Positions 1-11,446 of a stretch of DNA of 64,000 nucleotides are shown here, piece after piece (the first letter of the stretch is position 1; each line of letters opens with the position of its first letter). The position numbers were made by a program, and so were the translations under genes. This DNA is from Bugula neritina (taxonomy: Eukaryota; Animalia; Bryozoa), in NCBI GenBank assembly GCA_964035545.1, contig OZ037772.1, positions 8,487,150 through 8,551,149 on the forward strand. Direction: 5' to 3'. The notes below the pieces were generated by a model. It was not told the DNA's origin, did no database searches, and saw nothing but the letters and a program-made list of their open reading frames with translations.

Positions 1-2437
1 ACAAACTAATTGTAAATACTAAAGCAATTATATAGTGCTATGTGTTGATCTAGCCTAGTCAATACACCACAAATATGTATTATGACATACCACATTTTAA
101 GTACTGGGTTACCATTTATTCTAATGGGTATTTGTTTAAACTGTTATATACAGCTTTTTGCACTACTAATATACAAGCCAGTTGTTATTCTGTCACTTTT
201 TATCTACATCTCTTTTTAATGCCAGTTACTTGTTAGCTTCAGTACAAACAGCTAAACATTCTACTCTACAGCCAATCTTACTGTTAACTCTTGTTTAACA
301 ATATTACAAGAATCTAAAAATTTGAGTGCGTTTTAAGTATAATATTCTATCATTATAACTTTTAAATGAAACAATAATATGATAAATGCATTATAACTTT
401 CTGAAAAGTTTTTTTGCAAAGTATATGTTTTTGGAAAATAGTTTTACAACATTTGCTAGGAGCGTTATATTTATTTCTATCTAAAATAATTTTGTTTGAA
501 CTGCTATGTTTGTAATCATGTAATCAGAAGTAAAGCATCAGTAAAATGAGTATAAGTAGAAGCTTGACAGCTACATTAGGCATTGCTACATAGTACATAA
601 ATATATGGCCGTATTAAATACTTAGCTGCATTCACAGATAAATGCATGGCTTGGAATTACAATACCATGAATACATTATTTATTTAGCTGGGTAACTATA
701 CAATTATGCCAAAGTGAAAAGCTTTTGGTTATTAATGCCTGAAATGTCTAACAATCTACTTGGGAGACCACCTTGTTGTTACAGAGTGAATGAGTTATTT
801 GTTTGGCATTTGGATGATGGCACAAAGAAAGGCTATTTGGTTTGTTACTTGAGACTAGTAGCAAACTGCTACAGTCATAGCATCTTAGAAGATTTTGCAT
901 CACTTGCTAGAATTGTACATTATTTTAATGTAGCTATTGAAATTAATATCGCACTGAAAACACAGTATTGCAAAATCTTAAGCTGTACATAATTATATTA
1001 TGCATCAAAAAGTACTTCTGCTATTCGACTATCCCAGGTTTATTTTAAACTAGCACTGCCAAAGTGCCTTGACTCTATTACAGTGTTTACTAGCTAATTT
1101 TGTTCTTCTCAATAGTGAAATAGATCTATTGCAAGAAATTGATAACTAGATATAACAATAATGATTTTTAGGCAAGACTTTCGCATCTATATTGCTCATC
1201 TGCTAGCTTGAAATACCCCTCTCCTTGGACTAATCTCAGGCTTTTCATTGTTGTTTAAACAGTTTTTAAACTCCTATTTCAATAAATCATTACCAACACT
1301 GCATGCCTGCATGTATTAATATTCATTAGTGCCATCAATGCACTGTGGGGACAGCACCTGATGTTCTGTATATTACATTATAGTACAGAGATACTAAATC
1401 CAAAACATCTAAAATAATTGATGCTTCTACCAGATTTTTAGCACACCTATAATATGTATTCCTGTAGTAAATATTAATAAGATGTTTTAACTGATAGTTT
1501 TTATGCCATTATAATAGTTTGATACTATAACTACAACTTGAAACTCTTTAACCAGCACATTGGTTAGTAATATTGCTTCTTGATATTTAATTGCTGGTTC
1601 ACAAACTATCAATAATAGGGATGCATATCAAAACTTGACTGCATTCATAATATGATTTTAATGCTAGGTAATGACTAAGCATGTCTGGCTGATATGAGGT
1701 GACTATTTTGTACACTGTTTAACAACATCAGCTTTTTGGGTTCATTTAAAGCATCTGCAAATCTGTATTATACATAATTACTGTTAGGGCCAATTAATTA
1801 AATTGTTAACCCTGAAATGCTTTTTACACTGTAATACTAAGTAGTAAAAGATATGTATATATATATAAACTGATTGTAATTTATACATAACATTGTACAT
1901 TTAAAAAAAATCACAAAATACATAATTTATTAGCTAAATTTCAAGGCGTTTTGTAGGTAGTGGGTTAATGTCAATAAAGTAGAATCCGGGAAGTTGAGTA
2001 GCTTTATTCAAGAGGAAGGCTCTCCAACAGTTCTACCAAAGCCTAAATAACATGTATAAAATAAAGGTTATATGCACAATTTTTTTTCCAAAACAGCCTG
2101 CAACTGTTTTGCTATTGCATATGCCCTATGCCATTCATCAGGTGGAACAATTTTAACCAGGATATCTAGAAAAGTTGACACAAGGGCTTTATAAACTATG
2201 TAACAGTAAAACTGTGAGTAGAAATTAATTGACACTAATGAATAATGCTTTAGGTGCTGGCAACAACCATAAAAGAAAAGTTATATAACAAACAAATAGA
2301 AAAAGCACTAAACAAATCAACAGCATTATATACAATTGGGGCACATACATGAAAACAGCAGCTAGTGTCATTTTCTTAAGACAGCACTATTTTAGGTATA
2401 AATTTAAGAAGTATTAGAAAATGCAGAAATTTACTGC

Positions 2438-2841
2438 AATTGGTTCATTTTATTTAAGTTAGTACATACTGAAGATCTCAAGTTTTTGCTAATGAACATG
2501 AGTTTTGGCCCGAAACTAAATAAATATCAATAAATACACCTAAATAATCAAGGCTCTTTTTAATTTTCTTTGATTTCCTATGCTTTTTTCTAATTACAGC
2601 AACTTCTGACTGGGGATCGCCACGGTTAGTTTGTAACAGTAGGCAATCCAAATGAAATGAATAAATAGGAAAAAACATGAGAAATCATGCAAAATTAAGA
2701 AGAACCTTGATTATTTAGGTGTATTTCTTGATGTCTCACTAATTTTAAGCAAAAAGCATTGTTCATTAGCAGCTAAAATGTAAAAATGGCTAAAAACTGC
2801 AGATTTCCAGTGTGTACTAAATTAAATAAAAGGACTCAATC
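2438..2841. mobile_element. Non-autonomous fold-back element (MITE-like) with long imperfect inverted arms
   Basis: The left arm (ttttatttaagttagtacatactg...aaatacacctaaataatcaagg...tgatttcctatgcttttttc) is the imperfect reverse complement of the right arm (gaaaaaacatgagaaatca...ccttgattatttaggtgtattt...cagtgtgtactaaattaaataaaa). The spacer is ~75 bp and there is no ORF. Exact ends and TSD are not resolved. Confidence 0.7.
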
Positions 2842-4453
2842 ACCTTTGCAACATAATTCAATAATTGCATGGTCAAGCAGAATAAACTACAATTAACAGC
2901 AACAACAGTGTAATAGTTGCGTAGAAAAGTTGTACTGCGAAAAACTAAAAGAATGCAAAATCTATAAATGTGTGCTACCAAGTAAATGCTGAACAGACAT
3001 CATGAAATAGTGTACGAAATACAAACTATTAAACTTACCTGTTGATCTAATGCAGCCAAAACCTTAAGCTTAGAGTAGTGGAATGGTGCTGTTCGATGTT
3101 GATATGCTACAAGTAGCTAAGATGACTCAAATTCTTGCCTTTAGGAGTAAGAGGCCTCAGCTCAGTTTCAACAAAACTTCCAATAATCTCAACGGATGCG
3201 CTCAATTAGGAGCCACAACAAAGCACACCCATGTCATTTTAGTAAACTCTAAAAAATGAACGGAAATAAAACTGTTAGAGAGTAAACAGAGAAACATATA
3301 GTGATGGGGGAAAAACCTGTCAGCAAAGGTTATATACACTCATAGCCATAACACGAAGAAAAAGATAATGAATAACAACCTATTCAAGATGACACAAGAA
3401 ACCAAACAAATTTCTTTGACTAAAAAATATAATTAAATACTATATTACTTAGCAAAAAATATTTGTTTTGAACAACGTATTATTGGGAAGAATTGCCAGT
3501 GTCTTAAATTTTGAGATTAAAATTTCTGCCTTATAGCGGAAATAGAGAGGCAATCAATAGTGTACAAAACATGTTTTCAGTCATTGGCTGTTGACTAAAT
3601 TGACAAAGTTAAAGAAAGCTTCCATATCATTATTTATTTTGTTCTCAAGTGTGTGGTTACAGTTTCATGAGTCAGAAATATAATTATTTGAGATATGAAA
3701 TCAAATGTAGTCAAAAGAGTGTCATACAATTTAAAATGTAGTAATAGAGCTTTGACAATAATTTCTTCTGCTAAGTAAAACAGGTACCATTATGTGCTAC
3801 TTATCTTTTAGAGATGAACATCAAGGATGTTGAAAACAAAATAGTTGTAAATTACAGCAAATACCTTTCTACTTACCTAACCAGAGAAAATAAGTTTTCA
3901 ACCTTGCATGCACTCAGCTGGTTTTCAATGTTTGGATCAGTGACATCTTTATAACTGATAGCAGCATTATGTGATAGCTTTAGGAATTGTTACCTTAAAT
4001 CTAAATTATATAGAACAAGAAGTGCAAAAATATGGCATTAGTACTCATTGCACAATACACACTTGCTAGAGTAGCTAATCTAGCATCACATTAATTTAAG
4101 AAAGACAAAATTTTATTACTGTTCACAAATGATGAATATTAAAATTTGAATAATTAGACAAATTAACAATGATATTGATGTTAGTTCAAACATTACTAAT
4201 GGTAAACACCAAAATACTAATAGGAATAGTCATGTTAACATCAATTAGAAAAGTAAAGATAATTTGAAAATGAGACAGTTTATAGGTCTAACTCTTATAG
4301 TTGACAAGCAATTACAGGGCAGTCATATTGTGGTAAAATTGTGTATAGTAACTAATACTTGTATCCCCCTTACTATTATTATCTTCATTCCCATGGAATG
4401 CGTGTTTTCTTAGATATACATCATTACATAGCCATAGTATTGTAACAGCTAAG

Positions 4454-5023
4454 TGTTATGTTGGCAATGATAGGATTAGCTATTATTCCCAGCTACTTAT
4501 TACTACCGACGTGACTGGATTAGCTATTGTTTCTGACGGCTCACAGGAACACTTATATAATCAAGATAACCGGGATTTCCCTGCGAAGTTCGCTCGATTC
4601 GAGCGATTCTTTTATTCTAGCCTTGCGAATCCCCTGCGATTCGAGCGAATTCCCTCGAATTCGCTCGGAACATTCTGGTGGGAATGTTTCCCAATGTATA
4701 AAAGGGAGCCCTCAACACAGTAGAGTCAGTCTTCAGCCAGCAGCACAACAGGACACATCTCGGAGCTACCAAGCCAGGACAATAACACACTTAGTTAATT
4801 ATCTTATACTTTGTTTACCAGTTTACTAGTGAGTTTTCCATACATGTAAGGAGTTGTCCTCCCTAACTGCTATTTTTGGATTTATATATATTATCGAGTA
4901 AATAAAGGGGATTGTGAGTATTACATTTCTTATTTATTGTGCATAAATACCCTCCTACAAAGAGTCACTGTGTTCAATCAGCTAACAACCCACACCAATA
5001 ATTGCATGCAGCGAATCATAACA
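4454..5023 (+). mobile_element. Probable solo LTR (570 bp)
   Basis: 7-bp inverted termini TGTTATG...CATAACA; CpG-rich U3-like part with palindromic repeats; TATAAAAGGG at 4697-4706 followed by an initiator-like tcagtc; AATAAA at 4901-4906. No matching TSD (ctaag vs ttcta), so the boundaries are tentative. Confidence 0.55.
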
Positions 5024-5623
5024 TTCTACGCATAAAATTATTACAATATTGATGTAGGCTACCCTCAAAATGTAGCACTTTAAAAATATTAAAAAGACAG
5101 CACATATAAGAACATAATCTTAAAAATAGGCATATGTGACACCTATATTTTGATTAACAAAGAAATCTTCTTTACTTTATTAATCTAGCTCATATAATGG
5201 TATTCTGTCTTAGTATGTTATTTTAATACTTGAAATCTAATCAGCTACAGAAAAGTACTTCAATTCAAAGGCCTTCATAATTATTCTTTAGTTTGCTATT
5301 TAAATAGACAGCAAGGTTGATGAATAAAATAAAAGTTAGTAAAGTAAAAACTAAATAAATTGAGAATAATATCTCCACTCTAAGGTTATAATCCTTATAA
5401 ATTAACATTTTAATACTCCTGTTATCCTTAGGTATAGTTGTTAACAATTTAACTATGAGCTCAAAGCCAAATGTCAGTATCAGCATCCCCATTACATTGA
5501 CTAAGACTGACTTTATAACCCTCAAGCTGTGGCACTCAATTTCTATAAGTAGTAACTAATAACAAATATAAAATTATTTATTTGCTACTGATAGTGATAA
5601 TAATAATAATTAAAAATAATAAT

Positions 5624-8584
5624 ATGATCCATTAAAATAGAACTAATAAAGCCAACGACGTTAATGGTATGTCTAACTAAACATGGCATGTCTCGTCTGG
5701 CAGTGGGTATGTGGAGGGCCAGGCAACCTACGGCCGTCAACCCGTTAATGGCACAACTAAAAGAAGATACTCAAGAGAAGACAACAAAGTTGTCATGAAA
5801 TGCTGCTTCAAAAGTACACCCAAATTGAGAGGTTATAGAAAAACAATGTATGAGCTCTGTAGACCCGGATCAAAGAATTATTTAAAAAGAATGTGCAAAC
5901 GCTGGAAAACAGAGGAGCGTTTAACATCAGCGAATAGAGACTAGCGGATTAAGCAAGAACTATGAAGAAACACAAGCATTTTATGGAAGAAGAACTCCAT
6001 AAGATTGAAGAAGGAACCTTGCAAGAACTAGGCACATCAATTGGTGAAGAAGATAATGAAGAGCTAAATTTGCAAATAGAGGATGTTATAGCACAACATG
6101 AGATAGCATATAAATCAGCCATGAGAATTTTAAGAGTACCTAGTTCAGAGGTAGAAAAAGTGTTAGTAGAAAAATTATAAATGAGCATAACAAACTATCT
6201 AATGATCGACTAACACTAAGAGCCCTTAGGCACATTGAGAGGGTCAAATTACTACAGGCAGTAAAACAGATTAATGATGTGCTAAACTGTGTTGAGATTA
6301 TTAATACCATTGAGCTTAATAACACCACCATGGCTTGTGCAAAAATAGTAACAGAACAAGTGTGTAACAAAAAGGAAAAAGAAAAACTGACAATGTACAA
6401 GTATGGAAAATACGACTGCAGAAGAAATAAAAAGAAATTAGATCAGACTTAAGTAAAATAGCAGAGTGAAAAAGTAGAGCTTACAATGATTCATTGAGAA
6501 GAATGGTTGAAGAAAAATATAGGATAAAGAACAAAGAGTGTGGTGTAGTGATTGAAAAACTGAAGCAAAACCTGAGAGCTGTAAGCCAGAAGATAAACAG
6601 ATATACAGAATGAGTTGATCAATATAATCAGAACACAATGTTTACAATGATAAGCGCTTTTATCAAGAATTACGAGGAAATGAATACGTACATCTAAAGA
6701 GGCACCTGACAAGGAAATCAAAAGCATTCTGATAAAATATATGGGGTCAGCCAACTAAAAATAATACCAATGCAGAATGACTAAATAAAGTTAGCAACAA
6801 ATTGGAGCATATGTAAAGACAAGGAAATTAGATCTTAGAAACGATGCAAACAACTGGAATAGCAATTAATGTCATAAGGTTGATAAGAAAAAGCATGAAA
6901 CCTGGAAAACACAACTGAATTACCTGGAAGAAAAGATAGGAGAAATAAAGATCAAACTAAGAATTTTCCAAGGAGACTCTTTATCTCTATCCCTTTTCTC
7001 CAACTACCGATTCGCATGACAGAAGCGGCTCAATGATGCAAATTTCGACGAGACAGAAAACAAACTATCTCCTATATGTGGATGACCTGAAGGTAAATAG
7101 GAAATCAAAGTGGGAACTGGAAGCTTTGGTAAACACTGCCGGGATCTTCACAAGGAATATAGAAATGAAATTTGGATTGAAAAATGTGCCACACTGGTTA
7201 TGAGAAAGGGAAAGAAAATTAAGGACACAGGAATCAGTTTGCCTGATGAACAGGTAATCAAAGATCTGGGTGAGAAGCCGTATAAATATCTAGGAGTTCT
7301 TGAGATTGATGGAATACAAATATATGAAATGAAAAATAAGATCAAGGAGTACTACAAACAAATAAGAAAAGTTCTGGATTCAAAACTGAATGGCGAGAAC
7401 ACAATCAAAGCAATAAACACATGGGCAGTAACAGCAGTGCATTACACAGCTAGAATACTTGACTGAACTGTTTCATGAGCTAAAAAATATAGACTGAAAG
7501 ACAAGGAAGCTAATGACAACAAACCGTGCACCCTATCCGAGAGCAGATGTAGGCAGGCTGTATTTTAGCAGAAGGGAAGGCGGTAGAAGAATGTTGTCAA
7601 CTGAAAAATGCATAAAGATTGAAAACTGCAGCATGTCAGACTACATAAATATAACATAGACTGATAGAAACACCACACTGAATACCTTCCTAAAAGACAA
7701 AACAGCGGTAGAACTAAATAATGATAAAGTGATAGAAAGAACTGATGAGTGTAAAGAAAAGCTTCACGTGGTCAATACATCAAAATGGTGGAAGACATGA
7801 AAGCATTTTCCTGGAACTGGTTGAAGTATGGTTGGCTGAAAAAGGAAACAGAAGGACTGCTGACGGCTGCGCAAAATCAACTATTCACTATACTAGAAAT
7901 TATAAAGTGGCTATGATGAGAGAACAGGGTAGCAAGAAGTGTGGAATGTGTAACGCAAGAGACCAAACTTCGATGCACGTATTGAGTGAGTTTGAGAAGG
8001 TAGCAGAAGGAGAATATAAGAAAAAACACAACCTTTTGGCATTGATAATTTCAATAGTAGTTGTGTGAACTTCGTGGGTTTCAGAAAAGTAAGAATTGGT
8101 ACGGCCATCAAGCAGAATAAGTACTGGAAAATGATAATGTGAAAACCTTGTAAGATTTTAACATACACACTGACGTAGTCATCAAAGTTAGGAGACCCGA
8201 TATATTAGTAGTTGACAAGCATAATGCTGAAACAACGATAATTGATATCACAGTCCCTGTTAACTACAGAGTAAAAGAAAAAAATTCGAAAAGTTAAGAA
8301 AATATCAGAATTTAGCACTAGAATAAACCCGCCTTTGGAAAACATCAAAAAAGTCATCCCGTTGTAACTGGAGCCTTTAGAGCTTTATACAAGATTGTAG
8401 ACTGGCTGACACTACTTGGAGTAGCTGAAAACAAATGCTCATTAATTCAGCAGACACCCTTACTAGGATCAGGATAAGCTCACATCCTGAGGAAAGTTCT
8501 AGCCATTTCAGCCTAGTATAACTAGGCTAATGGTAAAAGGTTACACCAGCTAAAAAACTACGGTCAATCAACAATAATAATAAT
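5624..8584 (+). mobile_element. Decayed non-LTR retrotransposon with RT and C-terminal restriction-like endonuclease (R4/Dong-like clade); multiple stops and frameshifts
   Basis: N-terminal RRYSREDNKVVMKC..GYRKTM motif; RT motifs IFQGDSLS (6963-6986) and LYVDDLK (YVDD 7075-7086); YKYLG and SKLNGENTIKAINTWAV; PRADVGRLY..RREGGR; WLKKETEGLLTAAQNQ; CGMC..H knuckle; RLE motif RRPDILVVDK..IIDITVP (~8190-8260); ends ILRKVL, then a short UTR and an (AAT)n tail. The 5' flank is also (AAT)n. Confidence 0.9.
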
Positions 8585-9355
8585 ATACAACTATATTAGT
8601 GCAGTTGGTTCTATTATTAGATTAGCATATCGATTATGACTTTTCGATTGCCACCCTGATACTATGAGTAAAATGTACAAGCATACGTGAAAATATAGAT
8701 ATGATCATAAGTATAAAAATAGGTATAAGTATAAATATAAATATAGGTACAAGTATAAAACGAATGATTATATTATTAATAATATTAGTCAGTGATACCT
8801 ATAACCGTAATGGTTTTTAGACTTACAGTTATCATTAACATTAGCTGAGTAATATGATTAGTTAAAATAATGGTATTCATTATTACATCATAGTTATAAG
8901 TTATAACTCTAGTCTCTAAAGAGCAACAGCAAGTGTAATTGGGATATTCATATTAAATTTCATATTCACATAGTGAAATGTTTATGTTATGAACTAATTT
9001 ATTCCTTCAACATTTAACTATAAATATGATTAACACTAACTTTGACCAGCAGTATTACTAAAAGAAGCGTATTACAAATATAAGATAATAAAATTCTAGT
9101 AGTAGGACTAATAGTATTACTAGGTCCAGTATTATTCTTGTTATCTTATTCATCATTCATGAGTTATCAAATTTAAAATTACTACTTATTAGCATCAGCA
9201 TATAAAAAGTAAGATCATTAGGAATAATTATCATGAGGTATGATCTATGATTTGCATTATCCATATATAGTTTAATATCAATATGATATATTATTATTGC
9301 TGATAGTCTATGTTATAGTTAAATTTATACTTATCTTTACAGTTACCTATAGTAG

Positions 9356-9829
9356 TGTTATATCTGGATTTACAAGTATTATAAATATGTGTAGTTGTCA
9401 TCTCTTGTTGTTGCATGTGTGTGGGGTGCACAACTCTAAGTTTGACATTAATATTACTTATAGCGTGGGTGTGGCTTGTGTGAGTGTTATAGCTATATAA
9501 TCTAGTGCAAATGGGAGAATGGGGAGACTTGAGACTGACTGAAGAACGATTGAGGATATTTATATAGAATGTATGCGATCCAACTAGTATGTGTTAGAGT
9601 AAGTTTGTGAGTGCTAGCCCAGGACCATAGACTGAGGAGCACCACCAGCCAACTACTCTAACCCGGAGTCTCAACTTCACCCCTACCAGACGGACAGGAG
9701 CTGGAGTTACCTCGCAGCCAAGCTATTAACCCGCAACTGCGCACCGACCCCGAGCTCACCCCAAGGCCACATTATATATATTATTCGGTGAGTTTACAAT
9801 ACTCAAAATCAGTAAATCCCACCATAACA
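9356..9829 (+). repeat. 5' LTR (474 bp)
   Basis: Direct repeat of 14634-15107; starts TGTTAT and ends ATAACA. Confidence 0.96.
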
Positions 9830-9831
9830 TT

Positions 9832-9844
9832 TGGTGGAGGTGCC
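9832..9844 (+). promoter_or_regulatory. Primer-binding site complementary to the tRNA-Ala 3' end
   Basis: TGGTGGAGGTGCC begins after a 2-nt spacer behind the LTR. Its reverse complement GGCACCTCCA-CCA matches the 3' end I recall for animal cytosolic tRNA-Ala. Confidence 0.8.
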
Positions 9845-10138
9845 ATTCGCTCTCGTGCACCGCTCCAGTTTCTCAGTCTATCTGTGTGTTCTATTAGTTG
9901 AGACTGCCATAGAAGTCCCGTACAGTTAGTTTTTTCCAATTTGTTTTTTTCATGTGGCTTGTTTTTATCTTACTGTTAATTTGTGCACTAATTGGCACGA
10001 GGACGTGTCTGTTTTAAATATGGGGTGGAAATATTATATCATTTAGCCTATTGTGCAAGCAAAAATGATTAACCATACATAGGCTTACATAAACAAATTT
10101 CATATATAAATAGCCTATATAGCATTTTCTATCACACA

Positions 10139-11446
10139 ATGGCCACATGTAGTGACTGGTGCCACTTATTTAGATGCCCCAAAAGTTGGGCTTTTGTTCA
10201 TCAATTTGGTGATATTTCTGACAATTGGTATCGAACCAAAGCTGATTTTAGCTATCGAGCAAAAGCTCTCAACCTCACAGATGAGCAAAGTGTTAAATTC
10301 CTAGGCCTTTGTCTCTATGGTAATGCAAAACAAAGTTATCAGAACATTGTAAGGTCTACAAATTTCCAAATCTCATTTGACACCCTGATTAATGTTCTTG
10401 ACAAAAAGTTTAATAAGAACCACTCTACAAAGATGAAAAAGTTCCTAGACCTCCATATTAGGGCTCATGAGTCTACAGAAGACTTTTTATGTAGAGTTAT
10501 CGATGAGGGCAATAATCTATATATGCTAGATAGTGGCTCAAAACTTACAATTATAGGTGAGACTTTTGCTACTGGTGTAGGTAACCGTGAGCTAAGCTAC
10601 ATTTTGCTGCCACAACTGGCTGGTAGGTTTAAAAATCCACCAACCATAGAAGAGTTGTTCACACTTTGCTATAAGCATAGTGTGGACAGTCCGAGTAGGA
10701 AACCTACCAAATGCCATATCTGCGCCAGTATTATTACTAAAGTAGGTTCAGAGTGCAGACCGGCAGATGAAGAATCTAACATCCAGACCCCTGAGTCCAG
10801 ATTCTCCATCCCACAACCTGCCGGAAGCACCCAGCACTGCGACCCAGCAACGGAGATACCTGCAACCTCAGACGGTACCACTGAGGCAGAAGGTATCAAC
10901 CCCAGCTGTCCATCGGCACCGCCATGTTCAGCTACTGGAGAGCAAGTCCGACCTACTAGCAAAGTCTCACCAGAAGAGAAGATAGCTGCAAGCCTTCATC
11001 AGGATGTGATGACTGCCACACCCAACCTTCACTCAAGCTCAAAAGCCTCTGATAAGGTATTTAATGTGTGCAATCACCCTGTGACAGCAGCCATATATCT
11101 TCTCATATACATGCTTTTCTCTACTCTACAACACCTGGTGTACACCATCACAAGCATTTATTTTGGCGTCACTTTTATCTTCAAACTGGGTAAAGACATC
11201 TACTCAAGTGGCAGGGTTAAATGTCAAACCCAGGGGCATAACGGTGTGCTATTACTTGGAAACTATAAAATAATTTTTCCTAAGTTGAGTAAGCCAAAAT
11301 TGGGCTCACACACCAAATACATTTATAGGTTGACTAACAAGCTTTTGAGATACTTCTCAAAAGCTATTGTCAGACTTGACCCTCTCCCCCCTGGCAGTCT
11401 GCACAATACCAACATCCTAGCCCAAATACAAGCCCTCAGTACCTAG
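10139..11446 (+). CDS. gag: Gag-like protein (435 aa): retrotransposon capsid-like N-half, degenerate knuckle, Pro/Ser/Thr-rich linker, hydrophobic then basic C-terminus
   Basis: Intact ATG ORF ~300 nt after the PBS. Capsid-type pattern W..F...A.ALNLTDEQ.VKFLGLCLYG.AK..Y ... L.KKF ... ESTEDF..R. A CHIC with no downstream H/C of a CCHC knuckle. Confidence 0.8.
   Translation: MATCSDWCHLFRCPKSWAFVHQFGDISDNWYRTKADFSYRAKALNLTDEQSVKFLGLCLYGNAKQSYQNIVRSTNFQISFDTLINVLDKKFNKNHSTKMKKFLDLHIRAHESTEDFLCRVIDEGNNLYMLDSGSKLTIIGETFATGVGNRELSYILLPQLAGRFKNPPTIEELFTLCYKHSVDSPSRKPTKCHICASIITKVGSECRPADEESNIQTPESRFSIPQPAGSTQHCDPATEIPATSDGTTEAEGINPSCPSAPPCSATGEQVRPTSKVSPEEKIAASLHQDVMTATPNLHSSSKASDKVFNVCNHPVTAAIYLLIYMLFSTLQHLVYTITSIYFGVTFIFKLGKDIYSSGRVKCQTQGHNGVLLLGNYKIIFPKLSKPKLGSHTKYIYRLTNKLLRYFSKAIVRLDPLPPGSLHNTNILAQIQALST

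Noticed and set aside
3039-3248. Exon-like segment on the minus strand with good acceptor and GTAAGT donor
   Set aside because: Stops in all three frames; at most a non-coding or pseudogene exon.
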